Shown one piece after another: positions 49,410 through 62,645 of a stretch of 64,000 nucleotides of DNA. Position 1 is the stretch's first letter. Every line of letters begins with the position of its first letter. The DNA comes from Gekko japonicus. Lineage: Eukaryota. The stretch covers positions 437,362-501,361 of the forward strand of contig NW_015173687.1 in assembly GCF_001447785.1 (NCBI RefSeq). Reading direction: 5' to 3'. A program made the translations under genes and the position numbers. Under the pieces are notes generated by a model. It searched no databases. It was not told the DNA's origin and saw only the letters and a program-made list of their open reading frames with translations.

Positions 49410-49506
49410 GTATGGAGTCAACAAGTTGGAGGAGATGCTGCGCCCCCTGGTGGCTGATGGGCTGAAGTGCGTTCTGATTTTTGGTGTCCCGACGAAAGCA
49501 GCCAAG
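49410..49506 (+). CDS. ALAD: ALAD coding exon 3
   Basis: [32 protein letters not shown], 97 nt. Confidence 0.97.
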
Positions 49507-49611
49507 GTGCGAAAAGGGGCAGCAGTGGTGATGGCAGTTGCAGTGTGAATCCCGGACCTTCCGTACGCATAGCCTGTGCTCTACCATTTGGCTGTGGCCC
49601 AGTTCCTCTAG

Positions 49612-49839
<228 letters not shown>

Positions 49840-50488
49840 TAGGGCCAAGATGCTGTTTAGATTGTACATCTCAACGTTGGACTAGATGAGGCCAGAGGGG
49901 GAAGAGGCAGCGGCCTGGGCTCCTCTGCCACTGTGTCTGGAAATGACATTTCGCTAAAACTGGAATGGATCATTTGCATTCATTGTTGGTGCTTTGAGAA
50001 CCAGTTTTTGTTGTTGGTCGAAAGGCAAGGTTAAAACACCAACCAGTAACAATATCGTATCTGTAGCAAGAAAATTCTGCAGCCCGGTTTGTATTTTCTG
50101 CTGGGTCAGCAGATTGTCACGGCAGATGTTCCTTATTGCATGGGACTAGAGATCTGTGCAAAAGAGCCCATGTGCTGTTTTCTGACCACTGGGAAGACTG
50201 TTCAGGGTTTCCTGCCCCTCCCTGTCCCCTGTGTTTCTTTTTCTGTATTCATTTCATTTCAGTCTTGGGGGCTAGAAACTGAGTTTTTGTTTTTAATACA
50301 AGATGAAATGGTGTGGTAATAGCCGGGGTACTGCTTCTGCAATAGATCTGACTAGTTCTTGAGCTTGCTTCACACAGTCCTACCTGAAGCAGTGAGAAAG
50401 TCGGAACAGGTGGAGAATGAGGCCTCTTCCCATCACATCTGGGACTGGACACAGATAGCGGTTTTTATGGGTTCACTTGGTCTTTCAG

Positions 50489-50572
50489 GTATCCTTCGGG
50501 AGGATGGCACCCTCCAGAATGAGGCCAGCTGCCAGAGACTGGCAGAGGTGGCACTGGCTTACGCCAAGGCAG
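50489..50572 (+). CDS. ALAD: ALAD coding exon 5
   Basis: ILREDGTLQNEASCQRLAEVALAYAKA, 84 nt. Confidence 0.97.
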
Positions 50573-51153
50573 GTGAGTGTTGAATCCATTCCATTGCCAT
50601 TATATATATATATATATATATAAATGCTGTCGTAAGCAATAAAACATCATAAGGATGTTCACTGGATCAGGACAAAAGCCCATGTGGCACAACAATGGCC
50701 AGCCAGATGCCCTGGAAGGTCAAAGCCTTGCCCTGTGCTTGCCACCTGAGCCACTGGCATCCAGTAATACTGCTTCTGAACATGGAGGTTCCATTTAGGC
50801 ATAATGGCTAATAGCCATTGATGGGACCTGACCGCCTTGAATTTCTCTAATCCTACACCCTGTGGTATTGAGTTCCACAAGTTAAATATGCATTACATGA
50901 AGAAATACTTCTTGTTACCTGTCCTGACTCTACTGCCCATCACCTTCATTTTGTGCTAGTATTTGGGGAGTGGAAGAACATTCTCTCCGTCAGTTTTCTC
51001 CCCCATTACACATAATTGTATAAGAGGAAACAAACCATGAATCATGCAAGCTGGCTTTCACCTCTGCGTGTTTAATAAACCAGCCAGTCAAGGTATTACT
51101 TGCATAGCTTCATTGTTACCTGGAACCTCTTGTGTCCTTCATGTTTCTTCCAG

Positions 51154-51242
51154 GATGCCATATTGTGGCCCCCTCGGATATGATGGACGGACGTATCCGT
51201 GCAATAAAGGAGGCCCTGATCTCCAATGACATGGGCAACAAG
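51154..51242 (+). CDS. ALAD: ALAD coding exon 6
   Basis: [29 protein letters not shown], 89 nt. Confidence 0.97.
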
Positions 51243-51704
51243 GTGGGCAAGAAGGCCACAGAACGAGATTGGAGGCTGCCATGCGAGTGCCCCCTAGCTA
51301 CATGAGCCCGCACCTAATCTGTGTGCCACGCCCTGGCCCCTGCAACAAATTTATGTACACAGGGTGGCGGCTGTGAACATGAGTGCTTTTGGCTGAACAC
51401 AACTGTAGAGCATAATTCTTTTCATGTCAGCTTGACTTCAGATACTGTTTCCTGTCTGCAGGTCATATTCTGCAGTGAGACCTAACCTTGTCCAAATTCT
51501 CCATAGCTCTGAAACCTCCAGTCAGTTTTCTCTTCCTTCAGGCTTGTGGCAGGTTGGTGGGGGCGGGGGCACTTGTAAGGGTTCCAGAGCATGACTAGGC
51601 TCTTGAGGCACACCAGTTGTGGTTTTCAAGAGCCTGCTTGGAGGGCATGGTGAGAGGCCTCAAACTGAGCCCCTGGCACACCCTCGTCTCTGTTGTGTCT
51701 GCAG

Positions 51705-51760
51705 GTTTCGGTCATGAGCTACAGTGCCAAGTTTGCTTCCTGCTTTTATGGACCTTTTAG
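51705..51760 (+). CDS. ALAD: ALAD coding exon 7
   Basis: VSVMSYSAKFASCFYGPFR, 56 nt. Confidence 0.97.
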
Positions 51761-53081
51761 GTGAGACTGCGTTGAGCCTTAGAGTTCATTTCTGACTTCT
51801 GAACAGGAGGGTTTCCATTGGCCTAGCAAGCTGGGGCAATATTGTAACTCTGGTTTCATTGCTGACTGATCTCTAAGCTGAGTGGCAGATCTGAACAGAC
51901 CCAATCTGAGGCCTGTCCTCCCCCCCAGGTTGCCAGCTCTGAGTTGGGAAATACCTGGAGATTTGGGGGTGGTGGTGTTGAATCCTGAAGAAGGCAGGGT
52001 TTGGGGAAGGGAAAGGACCCTTACAAGGCCTTGCTTTGTGTGTCTTGTGTGTTTTAAAAGAATCTGTTCTTTCCTTTCCATAAGCTCACAGTGAAAGGAT
52101 AAAACCTTCCATAAGTTCACAGTGAAAGGATAAAAAAATAAATCAATTTGAGTTAGTATGGCAAATTTATAAGTATAGCAAGGGGTGGACCTGCGATACT
52201 CGCGGGGGGGGGGAGGCAGAGGAGGAAGCAGCAGGAGGAGGTAAGTATTCCTCCATCCTGCCGGTTCCCCCCCTGTGTNNNNNNNNNNNNNNNNNNNNNN
52301 NNNNNNNNNNNNNNNNNNNNNNNNNNNNNNNNNNNNNNNNNNNNNNNNNNNNNNNNNNNNNNNNNNNNNNNNNNNNNNNNNNNNNNNNNNNNNNNNNNNN
52401 NNNNNNNNNNNNNNNNNNNNNNNNNNNNNNNNNNNNNNNNNCTCCCCCCCCCATTGCCTCTCCCCCCGGCTCCTCGCTGCTCTTCCCCCCCAACCCGGCA
52501 CTGAAGCGAGGGGCGAGCGGGAAGCCACTCGGCCCTCGCTGTTTCCCCCTCCCTCAACCCGGAGTTTGCAGAGTGTTCCCTGCGCATGCGCAGGGGACGC
52601 TCTGTGAGTTTCGGGGAGATTTAAGTATCCCCCCGATATTTTTTTACAGATTTGGGATTTTTGTGCACACGTGGGGACTGCCCCATGTGCGCACAAACCT
52701 CTCCCTCCCCCCCAAGTGCCCCCGATGTGCGGATTTAAGTATCCGCACACCAGGGGGCGACTTGAGAATTAGATATATAGATTACGAATGTCATAGAAAT
52801 CTATCTGCAAGCAGTGTTAAAAATAAGAATACGTAAATATTAATGTATAGTCAAAGCAGAGCTGCAAATTTTTTAAAAAATCATAATTTTGAGCCAAAGG
52901 GTGGAGTTACAGTGTGCTCACTTGTATTTGAAAGCACTGGGATTTTTTTTAAGTATCAGGTATTTTGGGATCATTGCCATTGTAACATAAAATAGACCCA
53001 TCTGTCCTCTCCCCCTACTTCTGAAAGGAAGACCAAAGTTAACCAAAAGGCCTCTCTTTGTGGGACTGTGTGGGGAAATAA

Positions 53082-53273
<192 letters not shown>

Positions 53274-54390
53274 TGAAGAAGAGGCCTCAGTCTCCATCCT
53301 TGTCTTCTTCTTTCAAAGCTTTAGCTGCTGCTGGTGGTGTACTGGGCGCCACATAAAAGCACTCAGCTGGGAAGACTTGGGTTCATTATTCTAAGGGACG
53401 CTGGGCTGTGAAAATCCATCACCCTGGCCTTCTTGCAACACAAATCAGAGATCCTCTTAGTGGATTTACTTTGTTTGGGAACGGAGATTAAGGCTGAGCT
53501 TGATACGAGGTCGTCTGCTTACAGATTGTGCTAAGGTTTCCCTGCCCCCATCCGTTTGTTGAGAACATACCATTTGGGGGGGGGGGGGGGTGACCTGGTA
53601 ATGAGATGGGATCAAGAATCAGGCCCTTGCGAACTCTAAATGGGAGCCCTTTGATGGTAGAGCACATGAGCTGCATGTGGCAAGGTCCAAATTTAATCCC
53701 TGCTATTTCCAATTAAACTCAAGCATCCGCACTGGAAAGACACTGACAGCATTCAGGCATAGCACCAAACCATAGCTTGCCGGTGTGGTCTACTCCCACA
53801 TACTTCCTTCACCACCACCCCTTTCCCCTCTCCCTTCTGCTGTCAAAGTTAATGACTGGGTTTAGTGTACACTAGCATTGTAAAAATAAGGTAATTTGCC
53901 TTGATCTAAAAGATCACACTATACACAGTAATAGTCTGAAAGTCTCTCCCTCATGAGAAAGATACACTCTGAATATATGGATCTTCTGTCTGGTCAGCTG
54001 GAGTGGATTTTTAATTAACGGCAGGTGACCATTTTAAGAGGCCGTTCCCGTACCTTACCTTGTTGGACAGAAATTACTGCTACAAAGAAGGCTTGTCGTA
54101 TGAAAAGGAGTTTTAGTTATGGCGTAAGAGAATTCCCAGGGGGGCTGCAGTTTCTCAGGTGTAAGACAGCCTCTCGTGTCCCTTGACTATTACCATAAAA
54201 AAAAAGTGCTGGGTATAAATTATGTCATCCAGCTTCCTGTCTGTGGGCAGTCCTTCATGACCCAAAGTAAGAAGGGGTGAAAAGAAACCCGAACCCCTTA
54301 TAAAATGTATCCCTTCAAAGTTTCCATCCCTAACAGTCACCTGGGGGGAGGGCAGGTTTGCTGAGCCAAATGACTATTACTGGCACATGA

Positions 54391-54726
<336 letters not shown>

Positions 54727-54802
54727 TAATCTTGGGGTGGACTAAGGCATTCTGGCCTTTGCAGCATCTTGGTGGAGCTGTGTGCCTGTGCTTCTTTTCC
54801 AG

Positions 54803-54932
54803 CACCCCGCCCACCCGTTGGCTGTTTATCATGTCTCAGGGGAGTTTGCCATGCTGTGGCATGGAGCACAAGCTGGGGCCTTTAACCTGAAGACTGCAGT
54901 TCTGGAGGCCATGGCGGGATTCAGACGAGCAG
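54803..54932 (+). CDS. ALAD: ALAD coding exon 10
   Basis: [27 protein letters not shown]...FRRA, 130 nt. Confidence 0.97.
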
Positions 54933-55812
54933 GTGAGAGAAGAAGGAAGATCAGAGGGGCCCAGAAAGCGCTATGAGGACCCCCATGGCAAGAGTGCCCA
55001 CTGCCTTCCTGGGTTGTTGACATCGCAGACACAGGCACCGAATCCTGAAGCATTCCTTCTGATGTGCTTGTGTGTTTTGCACGTCAGTAGTCTTAAGCAC
55101 CTACATAAAAGTAGTCAGCTCAATAAATTAAAGACAGGTGCTCTTCCTGCAGGTACATTGGACAAAGGAGGGGCTACAGCTCAGTGCGAAAGTACATGTA
55201 TTGTTTGCAGAAAATCCCAAACTTACTCCCCAGCGTCTCCCATTAAGGGGTCCCAGGTAGCCACTATTAACAAAGACCCTTCTCTCCTAGAGACCCCAGA
55301 GGGCCACTGCTTATCAGTATAAAGAACTACATGGATTTGGTATAAGGCTACATATGTTCAGAGGAACATTGGTGGAAGAGTGAAGATATTCTGAAAAGCG
55401 CAGAAAATTAAGGGGATGCCAGAATTTTGCAAATAAAATCGAGAAACGGGGAGGAGCACAGAGGACATTTAAGCCAGGGACTATGTATGTAAATAAATGC
55501 TGAGACTTGAGAAGAGGCCTAGAGTTGCAGTAGACTAACAACAGGGCATATGTTTGGAATGTAGAAAGTTCCAGGTTCAATCCTTGTTTGTTACAATTTT
55601 ATCTCACCCTTCTTCAGGGGAGCTCAAGACAGCATGCATAGATCTCCTTTTATTTTCACAATGTCCCTGTGAGGTAGGTTGGAAAGCGAGAGGCCAAAGT
55701 CACCAGGGAACATCATGGCAGGGCAAGTTTCAACCCTGGGCTCTCTGGTCTTACGGCCATCATCTACAAACTGCTCTTGTCTGCAATAAATCTTTTTTTT
55801 TCTTAATTCCAG

Positions 55813-55880
55813 GGGCTGACATCATCATTACATACTATGTGCCTCAGCTGCTGCAGTGGCTTAAAGAAGACCAGGCGTGA
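55813..55880 (+). CDS. ALAD: ALAD coding exon 11 (stop)
   Basis: GADIIITYYVPQLLQWLKEDQA TGA. Confidence 0.97.
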
Positions 55881-56647
55881 GGCATGCGTCTCCCTCGTCC
55901 CTGTGATGGGAGAGCAAGGAGGAGCTTGGAAGGGGGCTGGCAACAAGGGGGCAGGCACCAAAAGAATTTTTGGGAGATCAAGCACGGCCTTGGTGTGGGA
56001 ACCCTCCTGCCTGCAGTGCCCCTTAGACACCAAAGGAATAATCCCTCCTAAAGGGCTGTTGTATTCAAATCCTGAGGCCCTTCCATCCCGAGCTGGTGGT
56101 GCACCCTTCTCTTAAACCCAGGACTATTTCCACAAAATGTGTATGTTTAAAAATGCCACAAGCAAGGAATAGTTAAGCTCTTTGCCCTACACAAATCCTT
56201 GCCGCATCAGTAGTAGATTAATTGGAAGTGTTGGTACAGCAGGAGTAGATGCTCATAAAGGTGCCATTCAACTGTGAAGGCCGGACTGAGGCCTTGTGGG
56301 AATAAGGCCAGCCCTTTCTCTGTGATCCCCTAATTCAAAATCTAACTGGGATAACCAGTGCTCCTTTATTCCACAAACTACCACAAACATGCCAAAACTG
56401 CAAAAGAGTGGCTGTAGGACTGACTATAGATGCTCACTGGTACCTTTATGGTTGCCAGGCATATAGACTCATCCTGTATGTGAGGGATGGGGTTATTTTG
56501 AGATTATGGGCCAGATTTTAGATGGCTTCTGATGTGACCACTACTTTTTCCCTGGTAGGTTTCCTATGTTTTTAACCAGCAATATGATTAGAAATCTAGG
56601 GCAGTTTCTCTCACTGAAATGGGCCTTTTTATACACAACAGCTGGCC

Positions 56648-56653
56648 AATAAA
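56648..56653 (+). terminator. Candidate ALAD polyadenylation signal
   Basis: First AATAAA I found after the stop codon (~770 nt downstream). Confidence 0.5.
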
Positions 56654-57269
56654 TGGACTATGACTTGATCAGTTAATCACTAGTTAAAGTAGACTGCAGA
56701 ATTGGGGTGACTCGTAGTCCCGATGAAGCCACTGGGGCCAGGCTAAGCTTGGCAGATGAGCAACTGGTTTGAAGCTTAAGTGTATTTGAGCGCACAAGCA
56801 TTTGCCCTTTAATGTGTACTTTGACCACTAATGAACTGCCCCCCCCCCAATACATTGTTTCCTTGGACAATGAGAATATCACCTACACCTCCTACGGAGC
56901 CAGAGCCTTTCTTTGTATCATTTTAGATTAAACTTTGGAGGGAAAGTAAAAAATACTGATATTTTCTGGAAGTCGTGGCTTATTTGGTTCTTACAGCAGC
57001 ATGCAGGAGGAAGGAGGGCTTTTAAGGAGGATATTGCTCTGCATATGGGCAGGCAAGGAGGAAGGCTACACTAGTAGTGGTATGTGGGAGGATGCTGATA
57101 TAGCTGTGTAAAATTCTTGTTTATGGAGGGTGTATTCTGCCTGTAGGAAATTCTCAACTCCTGCTGGGCCATCTGTGATTTCACGAGTTGCTGTCCCCAC
57201 ACTTTCAAATCTATTTTCCCTCTGTCTATGAATTTTTTTAAAAAATTAAAGTTCCCTGCCTTTCTGCCC

Positions 57270-57473
57270 TAAGGTTGCCAACCTCCAGGTGGTGGCTGGG
57301 GATCTCCTGGGATTACAACTGATCTCCAGGTGACAGAGATCAGTTCACGTGGAGAAAATGGCTGCTCTGGAAGGTGGACTCCATGGCATTAGGCCTCATT
57401 GAAGTCCCTGCGCTCCTCAGGCTCCACCCCCAAAATCTCCAGATACTTTCCAACCAAGAGCTGGCAGTCCTAA
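57270..57473 (+). mobile_element. TAGGGTTGCC-family MITE (other copies near 10360, 22970, 33640, 51925, 57680, 59490)
   Basis: Recurrent CCAACCTCCAGGTGG...GATCTCCTGGGATTACAACTGATCTCCAG...GGAGAAAATGGCTGC body. Confidence 0.7.
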
Positions 57474-58542
57474 ACTCATAAGGGCTACTGAGGTAGCTAA
57501 CAGAACTACATCTTTAAAACCATTAAAGCCAACAAAAACATGTAAAGCCTTGGGCAGGAAAGAGGGATCACTGAGGGAATGCCAAACGAAACCAAGTCTT
57601 CCGTCCTTGCTAGAAGCTGCCAACAGAAGGGGACAGATGAGTCTGCCTGGGGGAGAGAGTGCCTGAGTTTTGGTTCAATAGGGTTGCCAGGTTCCCCCTG
57701 GTCACTGGCAGGGGATGTGGGGTGTAGGACTGTGAGCCCAGATCCAGGTTGGGAAACTCTTGGGGATTTGGGGATGGAGCCTAGGGGAGGACACAGTGCC
57801 CTCAGTGGGGTACAGTGCCATAGAGTCTACCCTCCAAAACATCAATTTTATCCAGGGGAGCTGATCTCTATAGTCTGGAGAGGAGCTGTAATTCTGGAGG
57901 ATTCCCAGGTCCTGCTGGGAGGCTGGCATCCCTAGTTGAAAAAGGAGGTCAGAAAGGGATCATGTTATGAACCATCATAGTCTTAACCTGGTGTGATAGG
58001 GCCTGTTCCAAGGGAATCCTGGGAATTGTAGTTTTCTACTTGGGTTCCCATGCTATGGATTATTTCTAAAAAAATAAAGATTATTTCTAAAGAATTCTGT
58101 GTCTTTTCTGCTCTGCAATTCCCAGGGTTTGTTGGAGGGAGTTGGCCTATAAAACTTGTAGGTTTGTGGCAGTTTGTAGTGCAGGGCAGGCATAGTCCAC
58201 AAAAGTAAAGGGAACTCTGGGTTGTGAGGAATAAACTTTGTTAAATCTTTCCCTTCATGTTCCCCTCCGACACATAGCTAATAATAGGATGTATTCTTGG
58301 TTTTCAAGATTGTTAACAAGCAAGTCTTGGCTAATGCCTTGTGTGAACTATGCCCTAGTGTCCCAAAATCCTCCACAACATGCAAGGGGACATTGATGTG
58401 AAAATAAATGTTGGAAAATTTGGCAACTGCCCTCTTTGTGGGAAAATGTCTATTCCAGCTCAAAATACAATACAGGAGAGAGTTCATAGTTCTTCATTCT
58501 GCCTGGATCCTGGTTCCTGTTCTTTTCCTGAGTTAATTAACT

Positions 58543-58696
58543 AGGGCTGTGGTCACACGCACTAAATAATCCACTTTCAATCACTTTAAATGCACTTTCC
58601 AACTGGATTTTTATGTGTGAACTGGCAAAATCCACTTTGAAAGTGCATTAAAAGTGGACTGAAGGTGGATTATTTAGTGTGTGTGACTGCAGCCTA
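58543..58696. mobile_element. Palindromic MITE (Harbinger-like)
   Basis: GGCTGTGGTCACACGCACTAAATAATCCAC...GTGGATTATTTAGTGTGTGTGACTGCAGCC. Confidence 0.7.
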
Positions 58697-59035
58697 AGAA
58701 TATGTTGGTGGGGGGTGGATCCCAGATAGCCTCCTACACCAGTTAAGGTACTAGCCCTGCCTTGCCTTAGCTGCATTAGTTCACGTCAGAAATATGATGC
58801 GGCAATTATAGTTCTTTAGAACCAGTTCAAAATAGATAATTATGATACTTATTCCTCTAGAGTATCCACCACTTGAATTTGCTTTTTCAAAATCCTTTAC
58901 AAACTCCTTTAGATGTGAATTAGAAAAAGTGAAATGTGCTGACCACGAAAGGTGAAAACTAGCTCTCTCACCTATTATATTAGCCCCGAGACTTATGCCT
59001 TTGATAGTTGCCGTATAGACAGAATTTAACTGGTA

Positions 59036-59380
59036 CTGTGGTGGCTCAAGTGGTTAAGATGCTGAACTGCAGGCTGTGGAAGGTCAGTAGTTAAGCCGTT
59101 CGGGACCCAAGTGTACCGCATGACGGAGTGAGCTCCCGTCTCTAGTTCCAGCTCCTGCCAGCCTAGCAGTTCGAAAGCAAGAAATTGCAAGTAGATAAAT
59201 AGGTATCACTTCGGTGGGAAGGTAACAGCGTTCACGCACCTTGGTGTTTAGTCACGCCGGCCACATGACCACGGAAATGTCTCGGACAGCACTGGCTCTT
59301 CGGCTTTTAAACGGAGATGAGCACCGCAACCCTAGAGTCGGATTCGACTGGCTTTCGAGCAAGGGAACCTTTACCTTTAT
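59036..59380 (+). mobile_element. Sauria SINE
   Basis: Near-identical to 60604-60943; ACCTTTACCTTT tail. Confidence 0.88.
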
Positions 59381-59600
59381 TTCCCCCATCACTGCTGCTT
59401 TATAGTTGGCAAAGCTTCACCTGTTATATTTCTGGCTGTTATAGCCTTTAAGTGGGAAAAAAACAATTTTAGGTAGTGGGAGAAAGGTTTACCAATTTCC
59501 AGGTAGGGCTTGGTGTTCTCCAGGAATTGACTGATCTCCTAGTCACAGATATTAGTTTCCCTGGAGGTAATGGGGTGGGGGGTGGCGGCGGCATCACATC

Positions 59601-59780
59601 CAATGCTCCCTGTAAGCTGTGGGATTGTGTGAGCAAAAATTCTATTTTGTGAGCTACTGGCATTAAAGTTTTGAGCAAGCGATTTAGCTACTGCATAAAT
59701 TAGTTTGCTCTGGAGCCATTCTTCCTGAGCTGGAGGCTAAAAAACTGAGCTAGCTCACACTCAGCTTAGAGGGAACACTG
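59601..59780 (-). mobile_element. hAT-type MITE nested in a TAGGGTTGCC-family MITE
   Basis: Perfect TSD ATCACATC. Confidence 0.88.
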
Positions 59781-60099
59781 ATCACATCACTCTTCAGGTT
59801 CTCTCTCTTCCTTAGGCCACCACTCCCAAATGTCCAGGAATTTACGAGGCTGAAGTTGGGAGCCCAAGTAGAAAGGAATACTGAACTCTGCATGTACCCA
59901 AAGATACTCTTAATTCTGACATGTTCGGGTGAGGACCGCGATTATTCTGATGTCTGACACATGAAGCAAAGATTTCCCCCATGAAAATCTGCAGTGATGA
60001 GAGCGAGGTTGCACCTGTTGAATTTCTGCCTACCTGACAAGGTTTAAAAGACACTGTGGCCTGGCAGTTCAAAACCAAGTACTGAGAGTCAGCCCTGGA

Positions 60100-60500
60100 T
60101 GGGGTTAAACTCTGATTGTCTCGCCTCCTCTTCGCGGACCGGAGAGCCCTGTACACCACCCCCTATATAGGGGGCAGTGGCCCTGTACGCTCAACTAGGG
60201 CAAAATAAGGGCGGAAGTGACTTCAGCAACCGTCTTCGAGAGTATTTCGCGCATACTCAGTGCAGACGAAGCTGCATGAGTCTTGGTTGACAGGTAAGGG
60301 GTCGGGATGGTGCTTTAGAGCGTGTTGGCAGTTGCACGCCCCCTCTGTGAGTCGGCCACTGTTTTCTTTATTCCTGTTATAAATTATCCACCCACGGCTA
60401 AAGACACATCGCCATGCCCGTGGGGGAGGGAGGGGGCTACTAAGATGGCACTGCACGGCAAAGCAAAGCAAATCAACTTTGCGGTACGGGCAAAGTCCCG
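60100..60500 (+). promoter_or_regulatory. CpG-rich promoter and first non-coding exon of the next gene (HDHD3 by synteny)
   Basis: ETS CGGAAGTG 60212-60219, donor CAG|GTAAGG at 60294, YY1-like AAGATGGC 60442-60449; no HDHD3 coding sequence seen in the window. Confidence 0.6.
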
Positions 60501-60603
60501 AACTATCAGTTGAAATGGATTCCGGCCCAGTTTTAGTCCTGTGGAAAAGGTGGAGAGGAATGTCATTCATTTTTTTTTTGTCAGATACTAACATACCCCG
60601 TAC

Positions 60604-60943
60604 GAGCTGCGGTGGCTCAAGACGCTGAACTGCAGGCTGTGGAAGGTCAGTAGTTCAGTAGTTCGAGACCCGAGTTGCCGCATGACGGAGTGAGCTCCCG
60701 GCTCTAGTTCCAGCTCCTGACAACCTAGCAGTTCGAAAGCAAGACATTGCAAGTAGATAAATAGGTACCACTTCGGTGGGAAGGTAACAGCGCTCCGTGC
60801 GCCTTGGTGTTTAGTCATGCCGGCCACATGACCACGGAAACGTCTTCGGACAGCGCTGGCTCTTTGGCTTTGAAACGGAGATGAGCACCGCAACTCTAGA
60901 GTCGGATTCGACTGGCTTTCGAGCAAGGGAAACTTTACCTTTA
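60604..60943 (+). mobile_element. Sauria SINE
   Basis: Same family as above. Confidence 0.88.
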
Positions 60944-61699
60944 TGAATGTTTCTGGGGTTTCTCTATTATTCATGTTTTTCAAGTGGCTTTCTGAGACTT
61001 CTACCTAAATATGTGATGGACAAATTGCAGGCTTGCGTGTGGGGGTTTTCTGTACATATTCAGAGGCCATGCTGCAATTAAAACACACAGTAACAAATTG
61101 TGGAATGCTGGATTTATTAATTTAGATAATTTTTATGGCACATTTTTGGTCTTTTGATTCTCCAGGCAGCTAACAAAATTATAGAGCAATACAATAATAC
61201 ATATCTAAACCATTTAAAGAAATTATGATGGAAGCAGCAAGGTAAAAAAATAATTAGAAGTTCCCTTTGGTACTGTAAATACATTTTGGAACATTTATTA
61301 ATTAGATTTTTATCTTGTCATACCTCCAAGAGACTAATGATTCCTGCTCATTTCACCCTCACAACAGCCTTACAATGTAGGTTGCATAAAGAGACCACCC
61401 AAGGTCACAGAGTAAGCTTTATAACTCTGTACTGAAACATTCTAGCCCCTGCCCAACATATTACTTAAACAAGAAGGTAATGATGAACTAGATATTTTGC
61501 AAGAGGAAGGGAAGCTGCCTTAAACAGAGTCAGTCTATTGGTATATTTAGCTCTGTATTGTTTTCTTGGACTGGCAGCAGCTCTCTGGGGTCTCAGGCTG
61601 AGAGAATCGTTTGCCAAGCTGAGATCTTCTAAGTAAAGGTGCTACACTGAGCTTTTGGATCTTTTGAGTTCAAGGGGGTGTTGGGAAGAAGAAGAAGAA

Positions 61700-61903
61700 A
61701 GTGCTGTGGAGTCGCAACCAGTACATGGCAACCCCATCTGCAAGGTGTCCTGGGCCAGAGAGGAGCAGAGGCAGTTTGCCATTGCCTTCCTTTGCATAGC
61801 AACCCCAGTCTTCATTGGTGGTCTCCCATCCAAGTACTGACTGTGGCTGACCCTGCTGAGTTCCCAAACTCTGATGAGCCTGGCTAAAATGGTCTATTCA
61901 GGG
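61700..61903 (-). mobile_element. 5S rRNA-derived SINE
   Basis: GGTCTCCCATCCAAGTACT reverse 5S head. Confidence 0.65.
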
Positions 61904-61948
61904 TACTTGGGGGGGGGGGCAAAATTCCAGGCCTCCTGGTCATCATAG

Positions 61949-62222
61949 GGCCAGTTTGGTGTAGTGGTTAAGTGCGCGGACTCTAATCTGGGAGAGCTGG
62001 GTTTGATTCCCCACTCCTCCACTCGCAGCGGCTGGATGACCTTGGGCAAGCCATAGTTCTGTCAGAGGTGTTCTTGAACAGAGCAGTTTCTGTCGGAGGT
62101 CTCTCAGCCCCACCTACTTCACAGGGTGTCTGTTGTGGGGAGGGGAGGGGAAGGGAAATGAGTTTGTAAGCCACTCTGAGACTCCGAGTGAAGGGCAGGG
62201 TATAAATCCCGTCTCCTCCTCC
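61949..62222 (+). mobile_element. Squam3-like tRNA SINE
   Basis: A box TGGTGTAGTGG, B box GGTTTGATTCC, CORE-like body, (CTC)n tail. Confidence 0.8.
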
Positions 62223-62397
62223 AGACAAATCTGTTATTTGTTTTCATGAGATTTGGGGGTTGGCTTTCTATCCTGTCTTTTCTATCAGTGGTGGGGTGGT
62301 TTGCAAAGCTATAAAATCAGTTTTAAGCAAAATAGTAACACTTCGTTTTAAAAGATAAACAACTCTTTTTTTTCTGGAGACCTGTGGTGGCTGGTGA

Positions 62398-62645
62398 GAA
62401 CCAGCATGGTGTAGTGATTAAGAGTGGCGGAGCCTAATCTGGAGAACCAGGTTTGATTCCCCCCTCCTCCACATGAAGCCTGCTGGGTGACCTTGGGCCA
62501 GTCACAGTACTCTCAGAACTCTCTTAGCCTCACCTACCTCACAAGGTGACTGTTGGGGGCAGAGGAAGGGAAAGGTGATTGTAAACTGCTTTGAGACTCC
62601 TTAAGGTAGAGGAAAGCAAGGATATAAAAACTTACTCTTCTTCTC
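62398..62645 (+). mobile_element. Squam3-like tRNA SINE
   Basis: Same architecture as 61949-62222. Confidence 0.8.

Noticed and set aside
52076-52135. Short direct duplications (also ~32740-32815, ~33549-33595)
   Set aside because: Ordinary 20-35 bp slippage duplications
51779-52750. 323-aa minus-strand ORF
   Set aside because: Crosses an N gap and repeats inside an ALAD intron; no recognisable domain
61949-62020. tRNA genes
   Set aside because: A/B boxes are SINE heads with no complete cloverleaf
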